Shown: positions 48,743 to 60,816 of the stretch, one piece after another
How the letters are laid out: each line of letters starts with the position of its first letter
How positions within the stretch are numbered: the first letter of the stretch is position 1
Source: an uncultured virus (IMG/VR IMGVR_UViG_3300028591_000115)
Lineage: Duplodnaviria; Heunggongvirae; Uroviricota; Caudoviricetes
Reading direction: 5' to 3' (one strand)
DNA length: 64,000 nucleotides
Virus record (IMG/VR): IMGVR_UViG_3300028591_000115
Notes under the pieces: generated by a model
What the model was told of the DNA's origin: nothing
Database searches by the model: none
The model's input: the letters and a program-made list of their open reading frames with translations, nothing else
Position numbers and translations under genes: made by a program

Positions 48743-49571
48743 ATTCTATTCGGACATACCAAACTCGATTATCTTCTGAACCATCAACCTTTTTTAAATA
48801 CTTTGTCATCATATAACCAGATTTACCATTCCAGGTAATTGTGGACCATTCATCAGCAGCACTAATGACATCAACTACCTGACCAACTGCAACCTGTGCG
48901 ACAACTTTTGCGGAAGTAGAAGGAGACAACCGCATGTTTACCGTATTACCAGAATTTGCCGTTACTTTGGCTTGATAGGCCACTTTAATCACCTCTGGTT
49001 CTTTATTTTGACCACCGTAATTGAATACAATTACAGTGCCAGGATAATAAAAAGAAAGGATTTGTTTATAATCAAATCCTTGTCTTGCCATTTCTTTTGC
49101 TCCAGTCTAAGACATTCCAACCCCATGACCATTACCAAGACCATTATCATATGGATCATCTTTAGCTTGAAGCCATGCTCTATCGCTACCCCAAACTTCT
49201 TTAGCAGATTTTATTCTACCGCCATTTGAATTACTATAAGAGCATGTCGTAATTAATTTATCATTATAAAAAAGAACCTGCCCTTTTGTATCTTCCACAG
49301 CTTGCACTGCATTAGCATAGCTAATGGAATTACGTGAGACAGTATAAGCCTAACCTTTGCTTCCTTGATCACTCACTGCTTTATTCTAGCTAACTCTAAT
49401 AAGAGCAAAAGTACGAGCAGCAACTGCTTGTGCGCGGCAGGCTTCTAAAGAAGCGTTGCCGATTTCTGATCCGACAACGCCTTTTAAATATTCTTCAATA
49501 TCTAATTGAATTTCTGAAGTACCAAAATGCTCAAGATTAACTTGCCGTGTTAGTTTTATTGTAATTAACAT
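48678..49571 (-). CDS. SpoIID/LytB-domain peptidoglycan hydrolase with SH3b (3 in-frame TAG)
   Basis: EEYLKGVV.SE, AQAVAARTFA, SD....*AY, T.GQVL.Y, GHGVGMS*TGAKEMA..G..Y..IL..YYPG, then SH3. Confidence 0.9.
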
Positions 49572-49882
49572 ACTTCTAATCGGATTATCTTACGATAACT
49601 ATCTTGATTTGCTGGAGCCACAAAATCTAAAGATTCATTAATACTAACAAGTTTAAAATCTTGAGTGTTTTCCCAAATTTTATTGGTATTTTGATCATCA
49701 TATACAGAAATACCTTGTATTGTTTGATTTTGTAGAGCTATTAGGCCAGACCTAATAGTTGATAAATCAAAATCATCTGGTAAAGTTAATTCACAATTTG
49801 CAGATGCGGTATCTGTACTGATATATTCCATAAGTAAAGAATCTACAGAAACAATGACATTACCAATATGAGCTTTTGCCAT
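49565..49882 (-). CDS. hypothetical protein (paralog of 49899-50225)
   Basis: AGGAGG RBS; KLVSINES. Confidence 0.65.
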   Translation of the reverse strand: MAKAHIGNVIVSVDSLLMEYISTDTASANCELTLPDDFDLSTIRSGLIALQNQTIQGISVYDDQNTNKIWENTQDFKLVSINESLDFVAPANQDSYRKIIRLEVC

Positions 49883-49898
49883 AACAATTTACCTCCTA

Positions 49899-50225
49899 TT
49901 AAATAATAGCGCCAACTTCATAAATTTGAATAGTGGCGTAACCAGACTTGCCATAACCATCACAAGTTTCATTCAAACTTACAAGTTTACCAATAGAACC
50001 AGCTGATGTTAATACTACAGTATTATTTTCATTTACAATTTCTATATCAGTAATATTGTTATTAGCAAAATCTGCTAAATATTCAATACCATCAGCAGCA
50101 TAATCGCCAGAAAAATTTAAATTTAAATTAAAACGAATATCTGGATTTGGTACATCAAGTTCACGAGAATAACTAGAAAATTCTACACTTTGGGTCTTAT
50201 CCTTATTTAAATACATTTGCATCAT
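49899..50225 (-). CDS. hypothetical protein
   Basis: GGAGG RBS; KLVSLNET. Confidence 0.65.
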   Translation of the reverse strand: MMQMYLNKDKTQSVEFSSYSRELDVPNPDIRFNLNLNFSGDYAADGIEYLADFANNNITDIEIVNENNTVVLTSAGSIGKLVSLNETCDGYGKSGYATIQIYEVGAII

Positions 50226-50231
50226 AATTAA

Positions 50232-51236
50232 TTAAACCTCCTATAGTGCTCCGTTGCCAAGAAGTTTAATATAACTTTCAGGAATACTGTTATTACCAGT
50301 AGCCCAACAGTAAATAGAACTTATTGCATTCCATAGAGCGTCTTTATTGGTTTCAATAATTTCTCCTTCTTTAAGGAGCCTGTCCACTGTACTATCAAAA
50401 TCTTTACGAATAGATTGTTCATCTATGTCCTTATTATACAACATATGACAATCCCATACTCGTCCTAAACAATCTACTGTTTTACTTGTTAAGCCCGCCG
50501 CGCAAGTAATATAATGTTGCGTATCAAATTGTAAACCCCATTTAGCTAATGCCTCTCCATCTTCTTTTGTATAATTACCTGGAACAGCAATAGTAGGAGG
50601 ATTATCCATTTTTATTTTAATATTATAAGATTCATATGTTTCTAATTCAGATTGCAAATGAGCCATATTATACCACCAATCATCTGGATCAGTATATAAA
50701 TCTTGCGCAGTTAAGGTACTTTTATTGAATATTTTAATACGAATATATTTATTATTCCATTGAGAAACTAATTTTGTAATTGAATTTAATCTATGTCGAG
50801 CAATATCATAAGTATTATTACCATTAATATGGCCATCATGAATTTCTTTTGGCCCATCAATACTAGCCTAAATTAAAATAATTAATTTATGCTTATACTT
50901 TTGTGTGTATCTATTTAATGGTGCTAACATATATTCCATTAAAGTAGTTGAAGTCATATTTGTTGGAATAAAAATATATTTAATTTGTGGATTTTGTTTT
51001 AAAATAGGTAAAATAAAATTCTAAAATTCTATTGCATTAATCGTTGGTTCCATGCCCCATAAACCAAGACTAATAGTATCTTTAGTAATTAAATTATTTA
51101 CAATCTATGTAAATGATCCATTCCGCAATGAATTAACTATTGTATCATTACTCATGGATTGAGGCGGCATGCAACAATAGGAACACTATAAGTTACATGC
51201 CGCGCTATAATAAATATTTAAATTAGTCAACATCAT
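50232..51236 (-). CDS. radical SAM enzyme with C-terminal Cys (twitch/SPASM-like) region (5 TAG)
   Basis: Manual translation: CNL*CSYC, LWGMEPT, PTN, I*ASIDGPKEIHD, CAAG...VDCLG.VWDCH. Confidence 0.8.
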
Positions 51237-51327
51237 TAAAAAAATCCTCGTCCTCTGGATCATCCATATTAGGATAAAATGATAAGCATAAAGCTATACA
51301 AAGTGCAGGGCATTCATTAATTTCCAT
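51223..51327 (-). CDS. 34-aa Cys-rich peptide
   Basis: GGAGTG RBS; MEINECPALCIALCLSFYPNMDDPEDEDFFNDVD; overlaps the radical SAM start. Confidence 0.55.
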   Translation of the reverse strand: MEINECPALCIALCLSFYPNMDDPEDEDFFNDVD

Positions 51328-51348
51328 TAGACTTCACTCCTTTTTTTA

Positions 51349-51377
51349 ATGTTAACATATTTTTTTTCTATTGTCAA
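51349..51377 (-). promoter_or_regulatory. sigma-A promoter for peptide/radical SAM cassette
   Basis: TTGACA-17 nt-TAACAT on the - strand with TG extension. Confidence 0.65.
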
Positions 51378-54300
51378 CGAACATATACCCAAATACGTCC
51401 ATTAACTTTAACCTCTTCACTTGGACCGAGTTCTACACTACCACCGCAATGCCAAATTTCATAATCTGGAATTTCTGAAACTGTTCCTATAATACGATCT
51501 GGATACATCATAATCTCTTCACGTGTCATAATATCTACTGTTCCATTTGGAGCTGTGCATACCGCTGCACCAAGAGGATATTCAGAACGATCCTTATAAG
51601 GATATACGAGAACACGTCCGCTAACCGCGATAGGCGTTTGTGCCTATTTAGTTTCACCAATAGCATTACCATATGTATCAGAAATAATGCGACCACCCGC
51701 GGCAAGACGTTCTTGACATAATTGCATTGTGCCAGACTTGTGTTCAATAACAACTCGTCCAGGCTCAGTAGTTGCGCCTTGTCTAAATTCAGCATAGTCG
51801 TTCCATACGGCTTGATATGCTCTTGTATGATATGAATAGCCATTGGAGGTATTAAAATAGAATGGACGTAAACTATTCCAGTTATCACCAGGTGCACCAT
51901 TAGTACCAACCAATAAGTAGAAATTAGAACCATCATCACGAAGAATGACTCTTCTACATCTTAAACCATTATTAGCTGTTGACATCCATTCACCAGTGTT
52001 AACTGCATGACCTGCAAAATCAAAACTAATATTATTTTGCGCTCCATTTTCTTTACGGAAATACATACGATTAACATTGCATTGGATATACCCATATCGG
52101 TTACCACCGGCATTGGCATTTTGATAATAACCGACCCAGTCATCAACTAAACGCACCTTATTACCACGAATATCTCCAGAATAGAATACACCATAACAAT
52201 AAGTATTTTCATTTAAATTAATGCGCCAACCAGAATTTCTTGAACCCATGATACAACAAACATCTGATCCACGATTATACCAAAGTATCCAACGTTTACC
52301 TTCTTGATATAATCCTTTATCATTGTTGTTGTCCATGACTGTCATATAGTTAGTATTGTTTCCAAAGTGCAATCCATTATAACCATTTCTCGCGCCTTGA
52401 GTTACTAATGCACCATATGTACTTTGTCCACTGTTCGCATATAAATGAGCACCATTACAATTAGGCCAATATAAACCATTGCCTGAATTATATAAATAAA
52501 TCCAACCGTCAGTACGGGCAGCGATTCTTGTTGTTTCATTAACATTACCAGCCATGATATTTAATGTATCATAGCTATTACCGCCAGCAAAACGTAACGG
52601 ACGATAACTTCCGCCACCATCGGCTAAGAATTTAAATATATGCTCATGCATTGCAATGAATGCGCTATAACGTCCGCCCCAATGCATACCTAATTTTGGG
52701 GCATATGCTAAAGAACTTTGTGAAGTAGTAACCAATCCAACTTCACGGATTTCAATAGCAGATCCTGCATATGGATTAGATGCTGCAGATCTACTTACTA
52801 CAATTGTGTGATTAGCATCAATGGACATCTTATATCCATTACTACCAGTATAAAAATACCAAACATTACTTACGCATTGGAAAGATGCGGTACTACTACT
52901 TGAGCTACCATTGCGGCTAAGGTAAAAATTGCCATTATTATTATGAATAGACCAGCTATTGGCACTAGTACCCGATGCAGCAGATAAATCATTGCCACCT
53001 AATACAATAGTTGCCCAACTACTATATGCGTAAATACGAATACCTTCACGATAACTACCATTTTCAGCATGAATCTATAAGCATTTATCTACAATTCGTG
53101 CAATACTTGTTTGACTAATATTACGCGCGTCTGAATAATATGCCATATATGTGGCAGTGCCATTATTTACTGTGGCTTTTAAAGCATATGTTGTAGCTGT
53201 AATTCTACCATTTGCCGCGGCATAAGTTGGTTGCTCACCACCACCAACAGCATTATTGTTGCCAGCGTGAATTGCATACATATCACCGGCATAATTTGGT
53301 AATACAAAATTACGATTGCCATTACCTTGTGAAATAATGTCAGTATAATTAGCATTTGTACTATATAAACGTACTACACCACGAGCATTATTAACTGCAG
53401 TAGAAGCTGTGGCATTACCCAGAATCATATATACATAACCTTGCGTATTAGCAGGACCAATATTACTTATATACCATCGACCAAATTCTTTATTATTACC
53501 ATATAAATAATAACCATTACCTGCGGCTGATACATTATTTAAGAAATAGCCAGCTGTTTCAATATCACCAGAAGAATATAGGCTACCTTGGTTATATAAA
53601 TTAAATGCTCTCGCTCTACTATTATAAGTAATATTTTCAGCTGTTCCTCCATATACAAAATGTAGGCGTGCAACAGCATCGGCAATAATACGACCCGTAT
53701 AGTCGCCAGTATTGTTACTACGATGGAAATCAATATATGGAGTAGATGCAGACATTTCAATACAGCCTTGTTGTATATAAGTTCCAGCAGCATCACTTGT
53801 TGTGGCAGTATAACCTGTGTCTCCAATCAAAATTGAAGTATTGAAATACCCTGTGCGCCAACGTAAAGCTGACGTACCGATATCATATGTTTTATGAGAC
53901 CATGGGACTAAATGTCCACTAAATTTAAATGTAGGACTTGTGGTAGATGGATAATTTTCTAAATAAAAATTCATAATGCCCTATGCACCTTGAATATATG
54001 CATAACGAGATCCACCAGCATTACCACTTTGATAGAATCCTAACCAATTATCTACTAAACGAGTATTATCTACTCGTAAATCATTTAAATAAGCAACAGC
54101 ACTATTATCAATATAATATGTGGTGCCATTGGCTAAATAAATTGTACCATTGTGTAGTGTACTACCATTAACGTATAAATTATATGTATGATTGGTTCCA
54201 TTAATTTGTACTTTTGGAGTATAAATATTTCCTTGAACTTCAAGCCAAACATTACTATTATCTGAATTATCAGCATCATGAATTTTTAAACCTTTTGATG

Positions 54301-55339
54301 CCCGATAACCATCATAGTCTGTATAAGTTAAAGCAACAGACTAAGTACCAGTGCCTTCAGCAAATACAATGCGTGGATTAGCTGTACTATAAGTCATTGT
54401 TGCATTCGTTGCGCCCTATAATCTTAATGTATGAGAATAAATATCTCTCCAACGATATGTTGTATTACCTAAATCATATGTTACATCTGTTTCAGGTAAT
54501 AAATTACCCTTAAGAATCATATCGCCAATAAAATAAGATGTACTACCTGGACGTAATTTGGCTCCTGTCGCTGGCGCACTTTCTGTACTATTGAGATGAT
54601 TTGCACCATCAACAATTAAATATTTTAATGCACTTACACCATTTTGATTCAATAATGCAATAGCATGAGTATATGTATTTGAGGTGACAGTATCCGCACC
54701 ATATATAAAATCAAAACTATGATTATAAACTCCTAAATTAAATCTACCATCAGTAGACTTAATACGAGCAAGCATTAAATATCCTGCCCCAGAAGTCATA
54801 TTAATAGCTACACTTTCACCTGTTAAACCCTTTAAATGAGTACTGGTATTAGCTGAAGTGACGAATGTACCACGGCCATCAATACCTGCGACATTTGTCG
54901 TGCCACGTCTAAATATCCAGCCACGAGTTTCAGTGTTTGACATTGTTAAATAAGTAGCCCAATCACTTGTTATACCAACTGAATTATTGTTATTAATTTT
55001 ACCAAGTTTTGATGTATGAGCAAATAAAATTCCATATGTTGGTGCTCCATTTGTAACTGGCCCGCCATATAAAGAAATACCATAAAGAGCATCACCATCA
55101 GTTTGTGTAATGCCCAATGTGCGAACATTTAAATCACGTAATTTACTATCCGCACTATTATTAATATAATACGTTGTACCGTTTGCAACATAAATGATAC
55201 CGTTATAAAGAGAATTACCTTTGACATATAAATCATATGTTGGGTGCGGCTAATTAGTTAATCTAACACCATTGACAACTTGCGTGTCGACACCAACGGT
55301 TAAACGTCTAATAATCTAATCACTTAAACGAACTGCCAA
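51374..55339 (-). CDS. long tail fibre/spike (~1321 aa) with C-terminal peptidase G2/intramolecular-chaperone-like domain (7 TAG)
   Basis: AAGGAGG plus TTG; one frame joins three track ORFs; G/N/S/T-rich repeats; AVWNDYAEFR...GRVLVYP...GTVSEIP.YE.W...IWVYVR. Confidence 0.85.
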
Positions 55340-55352
55340 AGCTTATCCCTCC

Positions 55353-58133
55353 TTATAACATATGTCTAAACCGGAATGAAACTTTTTCTGCTGCAGTACA
55401 AGTTTTACTACATTTGATTTGAAGTTTCATTGTATTACTTCCGGTCTAACGAATTGTTCTTAAATAAATGTTATGTTCATTTGAGGCATGACCAGCTTTG
55501 TGCAAAATAATTTCATCTGCATCGCTTGAATTGCAAGCATCTTTAAACCAGCTCATAAAACCAGTATAATATTCTTGATACATATTGGTTGTACCTGTTG
55601 TTCCACCGCCATTAACATAAACTTGAACTATATAAGACCCTGTTTCAGTTAAAAAAGTATTATCAATACCAGGCACATCTTTCCATGTTTCAGTCAAAGT
55701 TAATGAAATATTTAATTTTTCATAATACGTATACATGGTATTCCCAAGATTGGTGTAGGTGATAGATTTTAAACTAGTACCATCCCATATCGCTAATCGT
55801 TTACCAACGCATGAACTTAATGTATGGTTAGAATCAGCAATATTGGTCATTTTAAAATAGCCTGTTAATTCTGCATCACCTTTAAAATAAGAGTTTCCAT
55901 TAATGTATAAAGCATATGAAGTATTTAAAGTATCTTGACCAACAGTTAAATGAGAAGCATCGCATTTTACTTTTCCTGCGGCTTGAATTGCATTAGCATC
56001 ATTACCAAACAATACACTATTTTTAGTGAATGTTTTTACACCAGTGCCACCATATTTGACTAATAAAGTACCAGCAGTTACATGATCAACATTTAAACTC
56101 TCTAATAAAGATCCATTACCACTAAATTTATCAGCTAAAACAATACCATTGTCCTTAATAACAAATAGATCTTTATAAGTTGACCCAGCATCAGAACTCT
56201 GTTGAAATGTAAAAACTGCGGTATCAGCCGTGCTATCATCTGTAATAACAATACGCTGTCTATAAGTACCATCATTCCAATCAAATTTATTGGCTGCCGG
56301 AAAAGTTATATCACCAGTAATATTAACTCCTAATTTAAATGTAGCTAATTTGTCAACCCGTAATGTATCATTCATGACTACTGGCTTTTCAGCCAATATA
56401 TCATTTCTAAATTTAGACTTACCATTTACTTCTAAAATATAACCAGAAGTAACAGAAGGTGTTCCAATACCAAGAACAGATCCATTAGTATATAACTAAG
56501 GAGCTGTTGCTGCAGTATTAGTATCCTTTGTAAATAATAAAAAGTTTTTATCCCAAGTATCTTTATTAGCTGTTCCTATTGTACCAAATTTACCATGCTT
56601 ATAATATTCAATATTGGAAGAAGTCCCAGTATATGCTCCATTCCAATATGCAATAGCTCCTTTGGTAACTAAATATTCATTGGTTGCTCCAGACCATTCA
56701 AGAGTACCAACTGATGTACGTGTATATATATCGCGCACCTAAATTGCTCCTGTACCATTACCAATTAAGGCTTTACCAGAAGCAAATGTGGTTGCACCAG
56801 TACCACCCCAAGCTACTTTAAATGTAGGCATAGCTGGAGAGGTTACTGAGCTACCATCTGTGCTATTAACAGACAATTTTAAATCTGTGTCTGTAGATTT
56901 CCAAACTAAAGTTTCGGGACGTCCATATAAAATAGAAGTAGTTACACCATGTAAAGTAATTTTACCACTTTCAGTTCCTTGTGTAACTGTTTGTGCAAAT
57001 TTTGAATCAGAACCAATAGCATATGGAATTGCTGCAGTTAATATCTTACCATTTGTGTCTAAACAAATATAAAGTTGATGATATGGCATTAAATGCACTT
57101 GGTTATCTGTATTACGTGAACATCCAACATATAAATAATACTTACCTTTAATAAAGGTATTGTTCGCGAGAGAAGCGCTCGATGGTTGCTAAACAATTTT
57201 ATAATAACTTGTAGCACTTGTTGTATCAAGTACGAAATATCCATTTTCGTTTATTGTACCAACAAAATATAAATCTGAATATGATCCAATAGTAGCATTA
57301 ATCGTGTACCGAGAATCAAAGGGCACATCTTCATATAGGGTATTTTGTGCTACAACTCCATACGCGGCAATGGTTGTACCAGAAGCATAATATACCATAC
57401 GAGGAATCTATAACGGAACAGTATTAGCCGTTTTATTTCCACTGGTAGAGTTACCAATAGAAATAGGCTATAACAACCCATTTGCATCAAGCATACAAAT
57501 TTTATAACGAGTAAGTTCTTTGCCAGCACGACGCATTTCACCAGAATTTAAAATTCGATCATATGTATTACCATCTGAATAAGATGAATCTAAAACCCAA
57601 CCATCAGTGCCATAATTTACGCCGCCATATGAGCGCGAAGTGCTAGATGCACCGGAGTACTGTGTCGTTCCTACAGTGTGTGCAGTTCGATAAGTTAATA
57701 GCATTTCTGCATATTGCGGCAAATGACTTGTTAATGGAGAATTATAACGATAATAAACTAATTTCTTACCAAGTCCATTAACATTTAAAGTATTATAACT
57801 TCCATTATAAGAAGTCATAATTCTAATTCGAATTGTTAAACCATCAATTAATTTTGAGGCTGTGATGCCTGGAATTGTAACATTCCATTCACCGTTGCCA
57901 TCAGCGGGATTAGTTTCCCAGCTCTACAACAAATCTGCTTTAGACGCGTTGAGGGGCTGACGATACTCTTTTTCCGCTTGAGTCAAAGTAGCTGCGGTAG
58001 TGTGAGTACTTGTCTAAGTATCAATATAAAATTTCATATCATCTTCTGTGAGATATATGAAACCCTCTTGTCTTTGAGGTCTATTGGTTTCAAGTCGTCC
58101 ACTATCGCCTTTAAAAATTTTAAAAAGAGCCAA
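55353..58133 (-). CDS. tail fibre protein (~926 aa, 8 TAG)
   Basis: AGGAGG plus TTG MALFKIFKG; one frame joins five track ORFs; V..GGTG.T.F repeats; C-terminal YTG.MSW..C....EI.LH.AGH...IYLRT...FRFRHML. Confidence 0.85.
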
Positions 58134-58168
58134 TCTTCAGCCCTCCTCTACGCGATAGGTCTACTTAA

Positions 58169-58888
58169 TTATCCCCAATAACTTGGATCATCCTGTGAAG
58201 GATCATATCCAGGCTCATTGGTTGAACTAGACTGTTGTGCAGCAGATGCATCTGGTTGGCCTTCAAGGTCATTCCAGACAACAGCTTTTTGTTCAAGAAT
58301 TTGTAATCTACTGAATAACTGTTGTACTTCAGCAGACTCAATACCATAAAGATCTTCAAGACCAATTTCTTCATCAATGTCTAAGGTCTTTAAAATTTTA
58401 GCTTTACATGCTTGAGTATGTAAGCTATATACATATTTTTTCGTTACTGGATCAACTTTGAAAACATGAACCATGAAATTAACATCACCTGGGGTTTTGG
58501 TAATATCATGACCAATTTTCCAACCGAAAATAATTTTATTTTCAGATTTTTCAGTTTCAAAGTCAAAATCTACGACTGGGTAGATGCGACCTTCACCATC
58601 AGCGTTTACATACTCAACGGCAAAAGTCTGCTCCATCAAGTCTACGCCATCGTAATAACGATCCGCTTCAAAATATACCGTCGCTGCTCTGTGATCAGTA
58701 GCAACGCTTAGATATGCAGAATACGCGGATGGTAATTTTACCACCCGCGTAGTCCAATCCACAGAAATCATGTGGTCTTTAGCGATCGCGAGTTCTTCTG
58801 CATCGTCCGCAATCGGCATATTTATTTTAGCAGTCGTAGCTTGAAGACTTTCAAGTAATGAAAGATAATTAGAAATATTATCAGCCAT
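58169..58888 (-). CDS. baseplate/tail-associated protein (BppU-like N-domain)
   Basis: DH.A..VYFE.DRYYDGVDL, FGWKI...T...G.V.F. Confidence 0.6.
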   Translation of the reverse strand: MADNISNYLSLLESLQATTAKINMPIADDAEELAIAKDHMISVDWTTRVVKLPSAYSAYLSVATDHRAATVYFEADRYYDGVDLMEQTFAVEYVNADGEGRIYPVVDFDFETEKSENKIIFGWKIGHDITKTPGDVNFMVHVFKVDPVTKKYVYSLHTQACKAKILKTLDIDEEIGLEDLYGIESAEVQQLFSRLQILEQKAVVWNDLEGQPDASAAQQSSSTNEPGYDPSQDDPSYWG

Positions 58889-58908
58889 TTATCTACGACC
58901 TCCTCTTA

Positions 58909-60816
58909 TTAAATAACGGTGATAGTAGGAGTAGAAGCACCGCCATAAGTGAATTTCAAAGTGATAGTATTAGAAGCTTTTGCGCTAGATTCTTTCTGAA
59001 CCGCAGTTCCTGCTTCTGCGCCAGCTGCGACTTTATTATCACCATAAACTCTATGAGAAACTTTTACAAGGTAAGTAATTTCAGCATCTTCAGATGGAGG
59101 AGTAATACGTAAGATCTTATGATCATCACCAAATCCAGACCCATTCTGAGCAGAAATTTCAGAACCATCATTCCAACGATAACGAAGTTCATCCTTGTGA
59201 AGACCAGAAGTACTGCCTTCTGGGAAGGTTACGTTAGTAACTTTAATAGATTTATTTTCAGCATCCCAAACGATAGTTACGTTAGTTGGCTGATCTGGTT
59301 CTGCACGAAGAGTAATAAGCTTTTCAGTAGTAATCGCAGCAGAATTAGCATTGTTTAACTTATTCTTTGCAACACACTTTACCCAACCTTCAGTTTTGGC
59401 TACAGGAGTGTAAGAACCAGTTACATAGGTCTTGTTTTCTTGCTTGGTCAAATTCTGAGTTGCAACGGCTTCATCACCGAATACAGCATCATCTTTTGCA
59501 ACAAGAGCACCATTCTTAACCATAGGAGCTAAGAACCATTCAACTTGTACCTTACCATTAGGCGCAGTACCATCAACAGCAGTAATATCCGCGGTTAATG
59601 GGGTGCCATTAGAATAGCAACCAAAACCAAAGAACTTATTAGCTGCTTCATTGATATACTTAATTTCAACAGGAGAAGGAACAACTACTGTTGGAGAAGT
59701 AACATAACGATAACCCGAAGCATCGCCATTACCGATAATTACATGATAGGTTCCAGGAGTAACTGCAGTATACTTGTCGCCTTTAGAACCACGTGCTTCT
59801 TCAATTTCACCAGCAAGAGCAGCACCATTCTTATACCATTGATAAGTAACGGTCTTTTCATCTGGAGAGCTTGCAGTGACTTCAAAGATCTTAATACCAT
59901 CTGGATAGGTGGCAAGAGGATACTTAGCAATCAATGTCTCGTAATCCTCATCTTCTGCATCAATAGCTTCAAGGTTATAATTACCAGTTTCTAATTGCTT
60001 AGAAATACGTGGAGACAAACCTTCCATAGAATTAATTACGTGTGCGTAAATAGGACGAGTATAAACTAAAGAACTCATATTTTCTACTGCAATCTTACCA
60101 AGATCTAAATCCATAGTGGATTTAATATTACAAGTAGCTTTTTGAGTACTCAAGCTATAAGTAATTCTCTCATCGTCGCCCTCACCTTCAGTTACGAACC
60201 AACGAACGGAGAAATCAACTGCGCCAGCAACAGTAGTCATTGCCGCAGTAATCATCCAACCAAGATACATATAATCTTGAGTTACGTCGCAAAGAAGAAC
60301 CTGACTGTTTCCGCTGGCTCTTGAACCATTATTAGTCCATTGCACCCAGCAATTTCCTTTTGCAACCATAGAATATAAGTCGATAGTATCGAAGAGACGA
60401 GGGCACTTAAAGAATACAATTTCTGCATTTGCATCACCCTGTACGCCCAAGCCATTATTATAAAACTCACTTGGTACAGTAATTGTACGAGTGTCAGTAT
60501 TGATTTCAAAGAAAGGCTCGTCAAGAGGCATACGATAGAACTTGTTCTTTGGCTGTGCTGGACGCTGTCCATTAGGAAGTACCCAGCCGCTTGGAACAGG
60601 ATTATTACTATCAGATAAAATGGTTACTAAGTCAAGAGCACGGAAATAAGAAATTAAATCGCTGATAACAACGGCAGGATGCTGCGCGGCAAAGAGTTCT
60701 TCATAATCGCCTTGAAGTTCAGCAAAAAGAGCCATATATTTAGCGCGCAACTCATTCTGTGCTATTTCAGCTTCAGTTGTTGGATTCTCAATAAGAGCAG
60801 GCATTACAACTTTCAT
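58909..60816 (-). CDS. virion structural protein: BppU-like domain plus Ig-like domains
   Basis: Shares a domain with 58169-58888 (TRTITVP, GD..AE..FF..PR.FD..DL, GW.I); TYQWYKNG...PGTY.V Ig-like. Confidence 0.65.
   Translation of the reverse strand: MKVVMPALIENPTTEAEIAQNELRAKYMALFAELQGDYEELFAAQHPAVVISDLISYFRALDLVTILSDSNNPVPSGWVLPNGQRPAQPKNKFYRMPLDEPFFEINTDTRTITVPSEFYNNGLGVQGDANAEIVFFKCPRLFDTIDLYSMVAKGNCWVQWTNNGSRASGNSQVLLCDVTQDYMYLGWMITAAMTTVAGAVDFSVRWFVTEGEGDDERITYSLSTQKATCNIKSTMDLDLGKIAVENMSSLVYTRPIYAHVINSMEGLSPRISKQLETGNYNLEAIDAEDEDYETLIAKYPLATYPDGIKIFEVTASSPDEKTVTYQWYKNGAALAGEIEEARGSKGDKYTAVTPGTYHVIIGNGDASGYRYVTSPTVVVPSPVEIKYINEAANKFFGFGCYSNGTPLTADITAVDGTAPNGKVQVEWFLAPMVKNGALVAKDDAVFGDEAVATQNLTKQENKTYVTGSYTPVAKTEGWVKCVAKNKLNNANSAAITTEKLITLRAEPDQPTNVTIVWDAENKSIKVTNVTFPEGSTSGLHKDELRYRWNDGSEISAQNGSGFGDDHKILRITPPSEDAEITYLVKVSHRVYGDNKVAAGAEAGTAVQKESSAKASNTITLKFTYGGASTPTITVI

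Noticed and set aside
15507..58133. Pseudogenes or frameshifts explaining the fragmented ORFs
   Set aside because: All fragments are in one frame and separated only by TAG, with intact catalytic motifs.
51374..58133. Diversity-generating retroelement target in the tail fibres
   Set aside because: No reverse transcriptase and no adenine-specific template/variable repeat pair seen in the window.
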